In this document: positions 12,321 to 25,600 of the stretch, piece after piece
How positions within the stretch are numbered: position 1 is the first letter of the stretch
Layout: each line of letters starts with the position of its first letter
Source of the DNA: Antechinus flavipes
Taxonomy: Eukaryota
Assembly: GCF_016432865.1 (NCBI RefSeq)
Contig: NC_067400.1
Coordinates: forward strand, 85,994,001 to 86,058,000
Direction of reading: 5' to 3'
Length of the DNA stretch: 64,000 nt
Program-made: the position numbers and the translations under genes
Notes under the pieces: generated by a model
The model's database searches: none
Told to the model about the DNA's origin: nothing
Seen by the model: only the letters and a program-made list of their open reading frames with translations

Positions 12321-12475
12321 NNNNNNNNNNNNNNNNNNNNNNNNNNNNNNNNNNNNNNNNNNNNNNNNNNNNNNNNNNNNNNNNNNNNNNNNNNNNNNNN
12401 NNNNNNNNNNNNNNNNNNNNNNNNNNNNNNNNNNNNNNNNNNNNNNNNNNNNNNNNNNNNNNNNNNNNNNNNNNN
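12321..12475. other. Assembly gap (155 N) in NUFIP1 intron 3
   Basis: Run of N characters. Confidence 1.
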
Positions 12476-12747
12476 GATGATCCTGACATTCAGGTAGCAA
12501 AAGGAACTGATAAGTATACTTGATCTCCATTTTCAGTATATGAATCTCTTTCTGAATCTCTCTGTTCTGGAATGATGTTTTTTTCTGTTCTTGATTTAAC
12601 CATTGAGAGGTAAAAAGTTTTACCTTGAAAAACTTAATTGATTATAAGAACATACTGGATACAGGCATTGTCTGCCTTGTTGCAAGATAAGTTTCATGTG
12701 AAAAGTAGTGAATAATGTTTTTTGTTTTTTTTTTTTAATTACCTCAG

Positions 12748-12810
12748 TGTTCGGTGGATGGTTGCAGTTTTAGTGCGCATGAAAAGATTGTTCAGATTCA
12801 CTGGAGAAAT
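12748..12810 (+). CDS. NUFIP1: NUFIP1 exon 4 (zinc finger 2)
   Basis: ctcAG|...|GTAAGT. 63 nt, [21 protein letters not shown]. Confidence 0.96.
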
Positions 12811-13261
12811 GTAAGTTATCACTCTTATGTTTATGTTTAGATTTACCAACCTCTTAGTTCACCAATTCTACAGTGATTATGGCATAGAATGGAGTATGGT
12901 GATATTTAATTTTTTAATCTTGTTATCTCCTCAGCTACTTCATTGTCAAATTAAGAAGGTAAATAGGAGGCTTAATGTTTTATCAGTTTACGATAGATTT
13001 ATATGATTTTGTTAAAATGATCTGGCAGAACCTTATTACTAGTACAACTTTCTCTTCTCTGATAGACAGTACTGGATTAGTCATTAGGGGAAAACACCAT
13101 GTGAAAATAACCAATAACTACTCATTTGGTAGCTTTATTATGGCTGGTGCTGAACTTGGTTTTCTATGTGAAGCCTCCATTGCTCCCCTGGGATCTGATC
13201 AGATTTCCAATAATTAGAGGCAGACTCACTTTGATATTATAAACATTCTTTTCTTTCTTAG

Positions 13262-13338
13262 GTGCATGCTCCTGGTACCAAGCGGATAAAGTTAGATACT
13301 CCAGAGGAGATTGAAAAGTGGAGAGAAGAGAGAAGAAA
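13262..13338 (+). CDS. NUFIP1: NUFIP1 exon 5
   Basis: tttcttAG|...|GTGAGT. 77 nt, VHAPGTKRIKLDTPEEIEKWREERR(K), phase 2. Confidence 0.97.
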
Positions 13339-15089
13339 GTGAGTAAGAATTCAGAAGGGGTTAAGTCTTTTGCTGTTAAGGCTGGGAATTTCAGATTGAT
13401 GAATTTGCTGGACTTTATGCCTCACACATCATTTTTAAAACCCAGGAAATTTGATCCTAGAGAAGTAGGAATGGTAACTGACTGAATAAAATAGCAGAAT
13501 GAAGGTTTGGGAGACAGGATCCATAAACATTATTATAACTGTTTACTATTCTTTATTTCTTAGATTTGGGGAGGGTGTGTGTGTGACTTAATGAATTTTT
13601 GTTTTATTATTTCTATTACTAGTAGTAATATTAGTACTTCTGCTACATTTTAGAGCATTTTTAGGTTTAGAGTGATATTTCATCACAACCACTTATCAGG
13701 TGAGTAATATGAGTATTCTTGCCTCCATATAGGTGAAAAAGCCAAAAGTTTCAGTAAGATTCCCCAAAGTGCTAACTTGGATCACAGCATGTGCTCAGAT
13801 TTAAATCTGATTCCTTGCCTGTCACTTTTCTTATTATGAAAGGATGTTTTTCTTCTTATAAGATAATTAAATATGTCTATTATCCTATGGTACTTTTTAT
13901 GTGTTTAAGATGATGAAATACATTGCCCTTGTGGATTGCAAAGAATACTAGACTAGGAGTTAGAAACTTGGGAGCTAGTCTTGACTATAGGTAATGTTGT
14001 GATTCCAGGCAAATGATTTTTGTCCAAGAAATGGGGAGGGGTGTAATGGGGTGATTAGATTAGATAACATTAGATGGCATCTTTAGTTCTGTTGGTCTTT
14101 GTCTTAATCTATATAGGCATTATTGTAATGAGATTTTTCTAGTGTGTAATGCCTTAAATTTTCCTCCCATGCTTTTACAAATATAAATTCTAAAAATAAA
14201 ATAAATATTGTCCTTGCCTTCCATCTCTCTCTTCTTGTCAAAGAGAGGTATTTGTTGTCATTTTGTTCATTTTGGTGTTTCTTGTCTTCTTATATATAGT
14301 GATTACTTTGTATCAGTTTAAAATCTGTAGGAAATGTTGATAATCTCTTTTGCTGTCTTTCCTTATCTGTTTTCTATTCTCTCGCATCATAACTTATTGA
14401 AATAAGTCAGGTTGAAGCTTCTATATTTATATTGTAACAAGAAAGAAAAGAAAAAGAAAAGCACTTCATCAAAACTAACCTGTCTATTGACCAAACCTGA
14501 TAGAATATACAATCTGATCTCTATTTTCCACATTCTCTCCCTGTAGTCGGCTTTGCATTGATGTCACTATTAAAATGTAGCTCTCTTCAAGGTGATCTTT
14601 TTGTTTATTTTTGTCATAACTACAGCAAAGTGAGATGTCCTTGATGTTTCTTTGTTGCCTTTGGGCAGAAATGAAACCAACTTTGCTAGCTTTTTAAATT
14701 TGTCTCTTAATAAAAATTTGGGAGCCATTTTTCCATTTCATTGCAATTTTGTTCTATATCCTGGTTTCATTTATAGTGAGAATACCAATGTGAGTGTGCT
14801 TCAGTTTTTACAGGAATATGTTTATCAATAATAATATTTGGGCAAAGATAGTCATTTTTTATTAATAATAGCTAGTATTTATGATTTAAGTGATTAAATT
14901 ACAACTTAAGTGATTTATGGTTTGTAAAATACTTTGAAGATTTTTAGATCTTGTGATCTTCACAATAATGTTATGAACTAGATATTCTTACCTCCACTTT
15001 ATAGATAAGGAAACTGAGGCTTGGAGAAGTTAAAGGACTTGTTTAAGATCATGTCACTTAGTAAGTTATTATTATATATTTTTTTTTTT

Positions 15090-15214
15090 CCCCTTTTGGG
15101 AGGCAGTTGGGGTTAAGTGACTTGCTTGGGGTCATACAGCTAAGAAGTGTTAAGTGTTTGAGGCTGGATTTGAACTCAAGTTCTCCTGACTCCAGGAGTG
15201 CCATCTAGCTGCTC
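15090..15214 (-). mobile_element. Short marsupial SINE (WSINE1-like)
   Basis: T-tract, then gaggcagttggggttaagtgacttgc...gtcatacagcta...ggatttgaactcaagttctcctgactccagg...ccatctagctgc. Confidence 0.8.
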
Positions 15215-15860
15215 CTACTTAGTTAAGTTATTGAGGAAGCTTTTGAACTTAATATTTCCTGAGCAATCTATCCATTATGGCACTTTGATATCACAATTAG
15301 CTAATTTGTTGATAGATGGTTTAAAAATTGTGGATGCCTTTTGCTGTCTTCCTACCATCATTAAAATAGCAAAACCAAAACAAGACAGCCACACAAAGCA
15401 AAAGGCCCTTTTATTTATTCATTTGATTATATAAGAAAGCATGAAACAAGAAATTCATCTCTAAGGGGCCATCCCGACTAGTGATAGAATTGATAGAACT
15501 TGCCCAAGCTTACATACTCCCATAAAAAAGCATTCAAGAACCTTGGTCATTCATTCCACGAGGCATACAAGTAAGAATTTTATGAAAGCAATGGGAAAAT
15601 AAAGCTCCAGATACATGACATGAGATCCAGTGAAGCTAGGTCACCCCAAGAGCACTGAAACATGAAATGAGAACAGCAAACTGAAGAAAAATGCAGCAAT
15701 TCTGGCAAAATTTCTATAGCAAAATTTTATCTTTAAAAGTCTGGAATGCCTGTGTCCACAATCTGCCCACAGATACTTATTAGCTGTGTGACAATTAAGT
15801 GTTAAGAGGCGAGTTACTTAAATGTGCCTCAATTTCTATATGCTATGTGTGCCACCAAAA

Positions 15861-16299
15861 TATAATATTCTTCTCTAAAATATAATGTTCTCTGGGAGCA
15901 GGTTTCTTGGGGAACTTCTGGGAGCAGCTTTTCTTTCAGTTCAGTATAATCACCCCAAATGCCGCTAGGAGTTAAAGTAAAAATCCTATATTGTCTCCTT
16001 CCTTGGGCCTGGTTAGCTTTTTTAGAGGCCTCTCTCCTTGGTTTCAAGAGCTCCTGCCACTAATCTTTTGCCTCTGTCAGCTTCAGCCTCCAGTCAGCAC
16101 AAAGGTGAAATAGGCTTGTGTCTTAGTGGGCTTGTCCTTTAGTAGGCTCCTCCTTATGTATGCTTTCTTAAAGGTGTGAATCTTGTGGAACTCTAATGAG
16201 TACTAAGTACATTAATGTACTCAGAGAACTGTTAAGTACCATGCTAAGTTAGATAATTATTGTCTCTTATCAATTCCTCTGACTTAGTACCTCATGACA
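15861..16299 (-). mobile_element. Probable solo LTR inserted in a SINE
   Basis: The minus strand starts TGTCA... and ends ...ATTATA (a degenerate TACA). It splits a SINE whose body lies to the left (tagctgtgtgac...tgcctcaatttc) and whose RTE-like tail lies to the right (cacaaagagttggacac...gactgaacaacaa). No clean TSD found. Confidence 0.5.
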
Positions 16300-18078
16300 A
16301 ACCATTCCAATTGGTCTTCCTGGAAAACCTTAAATAGAATCACAAAGAGTTGGACACAAATGAAAATGACTGAACAACAATAGATAACAGACAATACTGA
16401 AGGCTCTTATGGTACCTTAACCAGTTCAGGCACTGCTTCTCTGTATCTGAAAATTGTAAGCAAAACAAAACAATAGATCTAAGGAGAAGAGAAACAGTAT
16501 CATCCAGAGTCTTAATCAGATCTTTTGTGAAACTAACCTGGCTTCCATGCTGCCTCTTGAAATTGCTTTTGGTTTTTCTCTGGTTTAGTTAATGTGATCA
16601 AATCAAAATTGTTGGTTAAAGGATAGCTGTAGAGCTCTGGGAGTAAAGTGAATTAGTTATTTTCACTGTTGGAAAAACTTAATTGTTAATTCAGGCCAAC
16701 AAATACATTAATGCATTAGGGCCATCAGTAAGCCAATTCATTTAAATAAATAGGTCACTTATTACAAAGAGAGGATTTGGGTCGTGAGTGAAGAAGTCAC
16801 AAGCATTAAATTTCAAATAGGAAGGAGGCAGTTTGTCTATGGTGACTTGATGGAAATGATGGAATTTTAAAAATGTTTTCATTTGACTCACTTTTGTTTA
16901 TTTTTGAATATTGTTCTTCCCCCGTCCTCACCCTACCATGAGCTTTATATAAGGATTTTAAATGAAAGACAAAAAATGAGAGATACAAAAACAGCTGCTA
17001 CGTTTTGAATTGTGAATACAAAATATACACAGAATCGTATACTCTTTTACTTCTGCAGTGAACAGAAAGACTTTTGCTCATCTCTTTTCAACAGTTAAGT
17101 TGAGATGCTGTAATGACACATTTATTACCTCTGTAGAGTTTTACAGTTTAGGTTTTCTAGTTATTAGATATATTGTTTTCCTGGTTCTCTCTGCATAAAT
17201 GCTTATTTGTTCCTTTCTGTGTTTCTTTGAATTTTTTTTAACTGCAATTGTTCCTTAAAATGCAGTAATACTCCATTAGTTAGGTATCACATTTTATTTA
17301 GCAAAAATTGTGGGGTTTTAAGAGCTGCTATCAGGAAAGAAGCTACTGGCCAACTGGACTATTAGGCTTATGCAGGGAAAGTGTCTCCTAGAAAGAAGCT
17401 CATTAATGAAATAAAATGATGGATAAAGTAATCATATGTTAATGAGAGCATGAGAAAATGAGGTGGTCTGGTGAATCTGGTGGAAATCCTTGAAGCACCA
17501 TCACTATCAGCGTCATAATAGTCATTCGTTTTTATAAAGTGTTCCTGAAGTCTTAATCTCATATTAAGCTCTAAAATTTAAACCTGCACTAATGGAAATG
17601 CCCTGTATCATTTTTAAATTTATGGAATAGTCACTCTCTTTGGAGTTGTTGAGTTACTACATGATCCACGTGGGTCATGCACATATTGACTTAGAAATCC
17701 ATGTAATAACATTATTTATATTTGATCACATTTTTATTTAATTGTTAAATATTTCCCAATTGCCATAGGCACTTCTGTCTTACAACAGTACTGGAGGATG
17801 GAAGGAGATGTGGGCAGGAGCTGAAGGACGGAAACTTCTTTTAACTACAGTTCTGCAGTTATTTTCCCCATTGGTTGTCAGTGTTCTGAAGAAAGAAGTG
17901 ATGAAATAAGACAAATTAGGGGTCCTCTTGTTAGGGGGGGAACAAAACTTTTTGCTTGCTGATGCTTGTCCTTCATTGAGTAGAATCCTTGCAGGCCTCT
18001 GTCCATGTTTTGGAGGATGCATGGAGAGATAATAAAGGGGCAATAATGTAGATACAGAGTCACCTTCCTTTAGAGACT

Positions 18079-18291
18079 CGGGGTTCTTACTTAACCTGTT
18101 TTGTGGCAAGGATCTTCTTGACAAGTCTAATGAAGCCTCTTGTGGTACCTTAATACCTTATCCCTTCTCAGGATAATAATTCTAAATGCAAAAAATCTAG
18201 GATTACAAAAGAAACCAATTATATTGAAAATCATGTATCAAAATATTCCAAAAAAAAGCAAGTTCATAGATACTAGGTTAAGGATCCCTAC
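18079..18291. mobile_element. hAT/Charlie-type DNA transposon remnant
   Basis: Ends cggggttctt(ac)ttaacct and aggttaaggatcccta. Internal tgaagcct...cccttctcaggataat...ggattacaaaagaaaccaattatattgaaa resembles the recalled Charlie4a-type consensus. Confidence 0.6.
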
Positions 18292-19231
18292 TTGAGAGAA
18301 ATTGGAAATGTCCAGGACACCAAGCCCCTTCCCACCACAGAAGTTTGCTCCATGAACTTGGGAGCAGATAGAGAGGGAAGCAATCGCATCTCATTGAAAA
18401 GTCAGTGATGTTATAAAAACTTGAAGCTCAGTCAGGGCATCAGGGAAACTATTTTGATAAAACTGTATGTGGGGCATTTGTGCCTATCTTCCTCGCCCTT
18501 CCGCTATTCTGTTTCCTTGTCTTGATTTGATTTCAACTTTGCACTCCTGCCATTGCCACTCCTGGTGCAATCCCATATCACCTCATGCTTGAACTATACT
18601 GCAGTAGCCCACTGGGGGTCTGCAGCCTCCAGCCTCTCCCCACCCTTGCCCATCCTCCATTCTCCATTCTTCCCAAGCAGAAGATAGTTGTTATTGAGGG
18701 GGTGATGAATGGAGATGTGGAAGGTCTCCTAAAAGATAGTGTTTGAGATGACTTTTAAGGGTGGCTGGATATTTCACAAGAAAGAGGGGAACAAAAGAAT
18801 ATCATACCTAGTATCAGTAACACTCGTGATACTCTTGAAGATGTTCTTTTTCTTCATGTATGTGTCTTTATCATCTCAATTAGAGGCCAATTCCAACCAG
18901 TCTTATATGTTTCTGTATCCTTTGCAGCCCTGTATCTAGCCCTTATAGTCTTATTGAATAGTAGACACTCAAGGCTGTTAGTCTTAAGTTTAGAAAATAT
19001 TTTCATTATTGGTCTGTTAGAATTTGTAACTGAGATAAGTTATAACTTATTGGAGACTTTTTTCTAAGAGTAAGAATTGTCAGTGTCCCCCTTTTAATGT
19101 ATGACTCACCGTGCTCAATAGCATAACTAATAGTACTTCTGCCACTTTGTAAAAAACACAAATTCTCATTGTGTGAGACAATCACCTAAAAGTCGCATGG
19201 AGCCGCTGCTTTCATTTCTTAATGCAGACTT

Positions 19232-19246
19232 TGCCCCCTTGTGGTA
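19232..19246 (-). promoter_or_regulatory. CTCF-like motif
   Basis: The minus strand reads CCACAAGGGGGCA, versus the core CCASYAGRKGGCR (one mismatch). Motif match only. Confidence 0.3.
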
Positions 19247-21335
19247 TCGTGCAACAAGTGCTCATTCACTTAGTCAGTGGGTTTGCTCCATCTTCTGGGT
19301 GGGTACAAATTGGAGGAAAGGTCATCATGAGCCTGGGGCAGAAAGTTGGTGGAGGGCTTTTTAAGGACTGTGGTTAGAAATTGGGGTGCTGAGGGGGCAG
19401 ACTAGTGAACAGGGCCTAAGCCTTGACTCAAAGGAGGATTGAGAGCCGGAAGAGGATTTTAAAGATTGCAGACTCCAGTATTTTATAGATCAGTAAACTG
19501 AGACCCATGGGGATTTGAACTGTGGGTCTTTGGCTCCAGTGTTGTCCTTTCCCAAATGTCTTCCTTACTAGAGACAGGAGCCTGACTTGGACCTTGCAAC
19601 AGAAGACTCAGAATATGAGGTGATCTGGCCATGACGTAGCGTTGTGACTGTCAGAATTAAGATTAGTGTCCAGTGTTCTGGCTTATTTACCAGCAATTTG
19701 CTCATATGTTGGATTCATTTCAATTTAATTAAAAGGCGACCCCAAGGTTGCAAGATTGAGGCTTGAAGGCCAGTGCTGGAAACTGGAAATGGTGTTTTGG
19801 GAAAGGATGATGGTATAGGCTCGAATATAATTTACACTTGTTGATAAATTGTTTTGTCTTCAATCATTTTTTTTTTTTTACCAGTTCGAATAAATTGTGT
19901 TAGCTCTTCCAGGACAAGAATAAAAGTGTCTCTTTTTCTTTTTTCTTTTTCTCTTTCCTCCTTAAGCCCTCCCAAGCCAGACCTCAGCCTGTGTCCTGCA
20001 CCTAGTAGGGGCCAATTAGATATGGATTCCCTAAGTATTCATCTAAAACACTAAAGTTTCTTAGGAGAAAAAATTTAAACTATCTTCACTTAGGATTTCT
20101 AAAATACCAGAACTAGTTACCAAGGTAAGTTATAGATTTTTTCTTCCCTTGAGGTCCTTAAAAACCAAATAGTTATACATCTGATTCCTGAGGAGGTTTT
20201 CATAATATATTCATCATCTGTCATTTCCATAGCACTTAACTATCGACATTCCCAGATGTTCTTATATGATTTCCTCATATATGTGTTTGATAGAATTTTT
20301 TGGAGTATTGCTTCAAATTGCTTGATTTTTTTCAAAAAAATAAGTTTATAATTTCCTTAATATAAATTTCTGTATTAGTTTTTTTTTTTGGTAAAACCAT
20401 ATTTTTTATTTCTTAGTCTCAACCCATCTTGATTATTTTTAAATGGCAATTGTCCTTTAAAATGAAGTAATTTTACAACCTTCTATCAATAATTCTTTTT
20501 TAATTGTACCTGGACTTGTATTGAAGTCACCAATGTCAGGGTTCACATTGGAAGATCTTGTGAAATGTTTTGTAGATTTTTCTCTATATTTCACTGCATC
20601 ATAAAATAAAAACTTTAGAGCTCAGAAATGCTCTTTCCCAACTTAATTATTTTACAGATGAGAAGATTGAGTCCCAGAGTAGTTCTGTGACTTGCCAGAT
20701 GGTTATCCAATATTAAGTCACAGAGCCAGACGATGAACTTGGGGTTCAGATCTCATGTGCTCAAAGCTTTCATCATCTTCATATCAGAAAATGAAGAATC
20801 TCCCTTTCCCATCATATCACATTTACAGTTCTTCCTAAAGTTTTCATATTCTTGCTTATGCTTAGAAGACATATTGAATCAAGCTGGCTATGTTAAAAAT
20901 TGTCCAAATTATTCAGAAAAATTTTTAGAGTGTAGGATATAGGAAATTTTTTTCAAAGATTCATTTTGTAAATTACTTCTTTAGCTGAATTAAAGGTAAG
21001 TAAAGGAGGTCTACTGTGTTTAATTGAAAGCTAATTTTAGAATTAATTTCTAGTGTCCAAAGGCTATTTATTATTCGTTTTTTTCCCCCTTTAGTGGCAT
21101 TTTTGGAATTGCTTAGAAAGGCATGGCTTTTCAAATGTCTATCTCTGTTTCTCTCTGTGTATGTAGATGACTTAATTGCTTAGAAAAGCTTAGAAAGGCT
21201 TGGCTTTTCAAATATGTTTGTCTCTGTGTATATATATGTAGATGACTTTTCCATGCTTTGGCCTAAGCAAAAAAGGTAGTAGAAGTTTGTGGTTCAAGTG
21301 AGATTAAAAGGAGAAAAACAACTCTAATCTAGAGT

Positions 21336-21348
21336 CCACTAGGTGGTG
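21336..21348 (+). promoter_or_regulatory. CTCF-like motif
   Basis: CCACTAGGTGGTG, one mismatch to the core consensus. Motif match only. Confidence 0.3.
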
Positions 21349-23799
21349 TAGTTACATATTTCTTTTAGTACTAGTTACTTTTGTTATGAGAGAATTCTGT
21401 TTAATGCCGTATCTTGAAAATTTGGAATGCCAACAAGGCAAAGTCAGAAAGAGGGAAAGAATGAGCAGCTTCTTTAGGAAGCCTCTGACTCTGACTCTTT
21501 CCTTGGTATTGTATATATGCAGCTGGAAGGAACTTTGAAGGTGAAAGGATCTGGCCCCTTCTTTTTACAATGAAGAAAAGAGGCCCAGAAGGACTAAGGA
21601 AAAAGGGTTACCCGGGAAGCAGTTTGGCTTCTGGTCCAGCCTTCATAGATGCATCCAGGGAGTTCCCGATATGGGCATTTCATCCTTGTGTTCTTGAGTC
21701 TGACGTGGCACTTTGAAAGCATTTCTTTATATATTCAGAGGTGTGATTCCCATCAACCCTGTCTAGCCTGGGCAGGCTTGCAGAAGGCCTTCTGTCCAGT
21801 TGGAGGGGCTCCCAAAAGCTCGCTTGTAGCCAGTCCTGTTCCAAACAAGAGTGACTTCTCCAGGCTCCTTCTGCCAGTTTGCAGGCGTCTGGTGAGTGGG
21901 AACCAGCTCACCTGGTTTTGGTGAGGTTTTGCTCTCCTCTGTCTCCTGACAGGCTTCAGTTTGCCTCTTGCATCTTGTCCCACTTTGTTCTCCCCTCTGC
22001 GCCAAGTAGAGCCAATCTGACTGCTCTGCTCTGCCCTAAAACTGACCCCGAGTCTTTTCTTCATGTCTTCAGGCCCAGCATTGCTCCCTTCATCAGATCA
22101 TCTTCTTGGAGCATGTTCTTCAGAGCTCTCATCCTCCTGCTGGCCTCTGGACAGGTCCAATTGACTCTTAGAGCTGACCGGTGTTCCCTATGCAACCCGA
22201 CTGGGGGGTGCACGGTCCCTTGTGCTAATGCTTTTGCACCCTGGGACAACATTGCCCTTTTAGACTGCCGGGTCATCCTCTTGATGCATAGTGAGCTTGC
22301 AGTCCGCTGAAAGCTCCACATCTTTTTCTCACTCTTAACCATGAAATCTGAACTATTCACTTTTCTCCTGTAGTGAGCGAATTGAAAAGATCTTTTTTGA
22401 AACCTTGGTTTAAGCAAAATGAAGTGACACGATGACATGTTCCCACTGCTTAGCACAGTGCCTAACACCACAGTAGGTGCTTAAAAACCAATGCCTGAAC
22501 ACAGCCATTGGCACAGTCAGATTTGGGGTGCTTAATTAGGGCTGTTCTGCCTAAGGGAAGAAACTCTTTGCAGATTTTGATCTTAAATAATTGTAGGAAC
22601 AAGGAATAAATTATTTTCCTTGGTATTCTCTGGATTTGTTATTCCAAGTGTACTTCAGGAACTTGAACTGTATCCTGTATCAAAGAGTCCTACTGTTTAA
22701 GAGGGTGGGCTTTTCCTTCTTCTCACAGCTCCTGCTTCCTGGAGGGTGGAGGTAAAAAGCATTAGGTATTTTATGTTGGTGGGGTGGGTTCCGGATTGTT
22801 TGTAAGAACATAGCATGCTTCAGAGACAGCTAAAATAATGCTTGAATTTTTGTCTTTGTAACTAAATCAAATACTTCTTGTTTCCCCTCTTGAGGTGGCT
22901 TTGTTTTCTAGTACCTTCACTTTCTCTATTTATTTCTAACTTAATAGCCCTCATTTGAGCAAATAAGAAGAGGATAAAACTTGGAGGAATATATAAACTC
23001 ATTTCCCAGATTCCTCTAATTAATTAATTAGACTCTTAAGAATGTGAAAGGGACTTTGTGAGACCATCTCACATGATTATACTGAAATTTTGCTGTGAAA
23101 AGGATCTTAAAAATTTTCAGAGAACGAGAATTCTCTGTTCTCCCCCTTCTCACGCATACTTAACTGAGTTTTTTCTTAATGCTATCATGGAAGCCCTATT
23201 TATTCATCATTTTTTCATTGAAGTTTTTGTCCGTTATCATCGTTTGTCAACAGCTGATATTGATGTGTACTGGAATATTTGCTCTATATTGGAGAGAGGT
23301 AGTGTCAGTCGGCATTTATTAAGTGCCTCTTGTGTGCTGGCCACTGCTATGTGCTGGGAATATAAGAAACAGCAAAAGAAGGTCCCTGGTCTAACAGGGG
23401 AGGCAACTTGCCAGCAGTACAAACAAGAGATACACAGAAAAGGATATCAGCCGAATAAAAGAGGATTGGAAGAGTTTTTCCTGCAGCAGGGAAGCTGGGA
23501 GGCCAAGAAAAGGAGGAAGATTATTCTGGGTAGGGGTGACAGCCAGAGAAAAGGCCTAGACTTAGGAGATAGAGGGTCTAGTGCGGGGAGCAGCTGGAAG
23601 GCAAGTGTCATTGAATCCCAGAATATGGGCAGGGCCATAGGTGTGAGAGGTGGGAGGCAGCCTAAAGGCTACTGGATTTGGAACTTGAGACCCAAATCCC
23701 ACCAAATTCTAGTAGCTATAGACAAACCACTTAGCATTTGTGCCTTTGTTTTCTCTATAAAACAAGGAGGTCGATTTGGATAGTTTTTACAAACCAACC

Positions 23800-24325
23800 A
23801 TTATGGCAAAGAATTGGAAACTGAGTGGGTGCCCATCAGTTGGGGAATGACTAAATAAGTTATGATATATAAATATTTCAGAGAGGCCTGGAGAGACTTG
23901 TATGAACTGATGTTGAGTGAAATAAGCAGAACCAAGAGAACACTATACACAGCAACAATAAGATTGTGTCATGATCAGTTATGATAGACTTAACTACATC
24001 AAGACAGTGATCCAAGACAGTTCTAATAAAAATGCAATCTGCATTCAGAGAAAGAACTATGAAGACTGAATGCAGATCAAAGCATATTTTCCCTTTTTTT
24101 TCCTTTCTTGTAGTTTTCCCTTTTGTTCTGATTCTTATTTTATAACATGATTCAGATGGAAATAGTTTAACCTGTATCAGATTACTGGCTATATTGGGGA
24201 GTAAAAAAGGGAGGGAGGAGGTGAAGGAGAGGGAGAGACAAGTTTGGAACTCATTTTATAAAAGTGAATGTTAACAACTACATGTAATTGGCAAAAATAA
24301 AATACTTTTGAATGGGGAAAAAAAA
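23800..24325 (+). mobile_element. L1 3' end (marsupial type)
   Basis: gcaaagaattggaaactgagtgggtgcccatcagttgggga...gaactgatgttgagtgaaataagcagaacc...purine tract...acatgtaattggcaaaaataaaa. Confidence 0.85.
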
Positions 24326-25435
24326 TAACCAATCCATTCCTGTTCTAAATTGTTAATCCTGTGATCTTCATGTAAAAGGCACAGATAGCAAGTGGCCTAC
24401 AGAGATTGGATGCACATAATTAGGCAGTCACAGTGATTCCCTTCATGTGGATAAGGGACTTTTAGGAATGGACATGAGAGGCTAACTGTGTTTCTAGATG
24501 GGCAGTAAGATGAGTAGCCCTGGATGTGTGGGTGTAGACAAAGTGGGGCCAAGAGAAAGCTATCATCCTACCTTATCAAGCTCTTGTGCAGTTTGTCTTA
24601 AGATGGAGAACAGCCAGTAACCATCTTCTCTTTTTTAAAAAAAAAAAAGCCTCTTTGTTGTTACCTTGCAAACTTTCTTTTCACCAGCTGGATATTTGTA
24701 GTTCTTATAGCCTTTCTTCATGGATCTGCTCTGAATCCTCTGCGTTTTTTACATTCCGCTCTAGTTCAGGGGAACAGAACCAGGCCCTGCCTCTCACTGT
24801 TCTGTGTAAATGTTTAGCTCACATTGAACTAGGCAATAAATGGTTCTTGTTATCAAGTGCTATAAGCCCTGCCTTAAGCTTCTTGGACTTTGGTTCTGAA
24901 ACCTGTGTTTCTTCTGTTGGAGAAATCAGCAAATTTTAATTTTTGTAATTCAGCAATTCAAGATATGGAACTGTCTTTCTCTGTAAGCTCTAAGTAGAAG
25001 AAAGTGGGGATAATGCTGTTAACAGTAAAAAGTCTTTGAAAATTGAGAATGTCAGTGGGCTTTTTGAGGGATTAATACCCAAGAAGAAGAAGTAAGACTG
25101 CTTTCAATTGGGCAGGAGGTCAGGAAAGGAGGGCAGTCCTGTTCAGAAGAAGCATTTATTAGCTGTGGCAAGATTGGCCCCTCTCCCAGTTAACATAGGC
25201 ATCAGGCCCCTGTACCCTTCAGCTTCTTAATCCACAAGCTCATGGAGACCTTGGCTTCTTGCTACCCTCCAAACCCTGAACACTGGTGCCTTTGGCCAAG
25301 GCAAGAGAAATTGAGATTTTCTGTTAGCCCCTTGTAACTACAAGTACATTCTCCATATATGTACCATTACATGGCATAGCTGGGATCCATAATAATGGTA
25401 GTAAAGATTGTATTTCAGTTACCATGTGATAAATA

Positions 25436-25600
25436 GATTTTCTTCCTTCCTCTTTCCCACTCTCTCCTTCCTTCTTCTCCCTCTTTTCATCCCTCTCTCC
25501 TTTTCTCTTTTCTTCCTTCTTTCCTCATGCCTTCCCTTCCTTTTTCTCCCTCCCTCCCTCTCTCCTTCTCTCTTCCTTTCCTTCTTCCCTTCCTTCCTCT
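25436..25600. repeat. Polypyrimidine (CT-rich) low-complexity tract
   Basis: Read directly from the sequence. Confidence 0.9.

Noticed and set aside
12312-12530. 72-aa ORF containing X residues
   Set aside because: An artefact of the N gap.
17368-18124. Two minus-strand ORFs (64 and 114 aa)
   Set aside because: No recognisable protein, they start at non-ATG codons, and the region abuts hAT-type remnants.
23058-23783. Longest ORF in the track (241 aa, +)
   Set aside because: It runs through an antisense L2 3' end (catttattaagtgcc...) and a MIR. It has no domain-like content or splice support.
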